A stretch of 64,000 bases of DNA, from contig OZ218958.1 of the NCBI GenBank assembly GCA_965112735.1, positions 1,240,001-1,304,000 of the forward strand, written 5' to 3'. Shown piece after piece: positions 63,811 through 64,000 of the stretch (positions within the stretch are counted from its first letter, which is position 1; each line of letters opens with the position of its first letter). The translations under genes were made by a program, and so were the position numbers. The DNA is from Phaeosaccion multiseriatum. Lineage: Eukaryota; Protista; Ochrophyta, other classes. The notes under the pieces are model-generated. The model saw only the letters and a program-made list of their open reading frames with translations. It ran no database searches and had not been told where the DNA came from.

Positions 63811-64000
63811 GTGTGTATGTGTGTGTATTGGTGTGTGTGTGTATGTGTGTCTGCGTGTGCGTGTGTGTGTATGTGTGTATGCGTGTTTGAGAAGTCAGGT
63901 TTCACAGCTGTGTATGTCCGCCCCTCCGTGTTTTTCTCTGTGTTGTCACTGGTGTTGGCTGAATGCCTCCCACTGCTCCACTTGAAATGCAAGTGCTGGA
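52135..64000 (+). CDS. Secreted Cys-rich modular repeat protein with thrombospondin type-3 repeats, encoded by about 40 micro-exons; runs off the window
   Basis: Signal exon 52135-52222 ([29 protein letters not shown]). Module 1 exons 52392-52492, [52647-52652], 52845-52859, 53073-53111, 53385-53441, 53644-53700, 53911-53970, 54147-54212, 54378-54439, 54678-54715, 54933-54969, 55310-55378, 55630-55688 splice in one frame, including [35 protein letters not shown] (TSP type-3 consensus). Modules 2 and 3 start at 55950 and 60342. Last exon seen is 63676-63712. One apparent frameshift at about 59450. Confidence 0.85.
52310..63600 (+). repeat. Three tandem segmental duplications (about 3.6, 4.4 and 3.3 kb) with nested ~260-bp sub-repeats
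   Basis: Near-identical blocks, e.g. 52560-53070 / 56120-56635 / 60530-61040 and 54350-55030 / 58430-59130 / 62230-62910. Exon-plus-intron units of about 260 bp repeat at 53340-53970 and 56900-58050. Confidence 0.95.

Noticed and set aside
1-64000. tRNA, rRNA or transposase/reverse transcriptase genes
   Set aside because: None recognised by eye. tRNAscan-SE/Infernal and a profile search would be needed to exclude them.

Overview
Eukaryotic, GC-rich, microsatellite-saturated genomic DNA. Most ORFs in the supplied track are simple-repeat artefacts, so I spliced the genes by hand using GT-AG junctions and reading-frame phase. Two proteins carry signal peptide + ASAF-type plastid presequences and one is a ciliary protein, pointing to a flagellated ochrophyte (stramenopile) alga (inference). 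1-49.4 kb holds ten genes: CBS-domain protein (-), apparently intronless cytochrome P450 (-), LLP/LLPH-like (-), plastid pyruvate dehydrogenase E2 with two lipoyl domains (-), HGH1 (+), catalase ending in KANL (-), an SH3-PX-like-SH3-FKBP protein (-), a small putative thylakoid protein (+), a CFAP161-like/calcyphosin EF-hand protein (-) and an ankyrin-repeat protein (+). An asparaginyl-tRNA synthetase with an N-terminal GST-like domain (-) closes this block. 49.8-51.1 kb is a cluster of small non-coding elements with terminal inverted repeats. From 52.1 kb to the window end lies the most striking feature, invisible in the ORF track: a secreted, Cys-rich protein gene built from about 40 tiny exons (6-119 nt). 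These form three tandem 3.6-4.4 kb modules with one repeat per symmetric exon, variable exon copy number, exons more diverged than their flanking introns, and thrombospondin type-3 Ca-binding repeats. A 12-mer (GTTGGTGATACA or its reverse complement) recurs next to splice sites in introns of unrelated genes.
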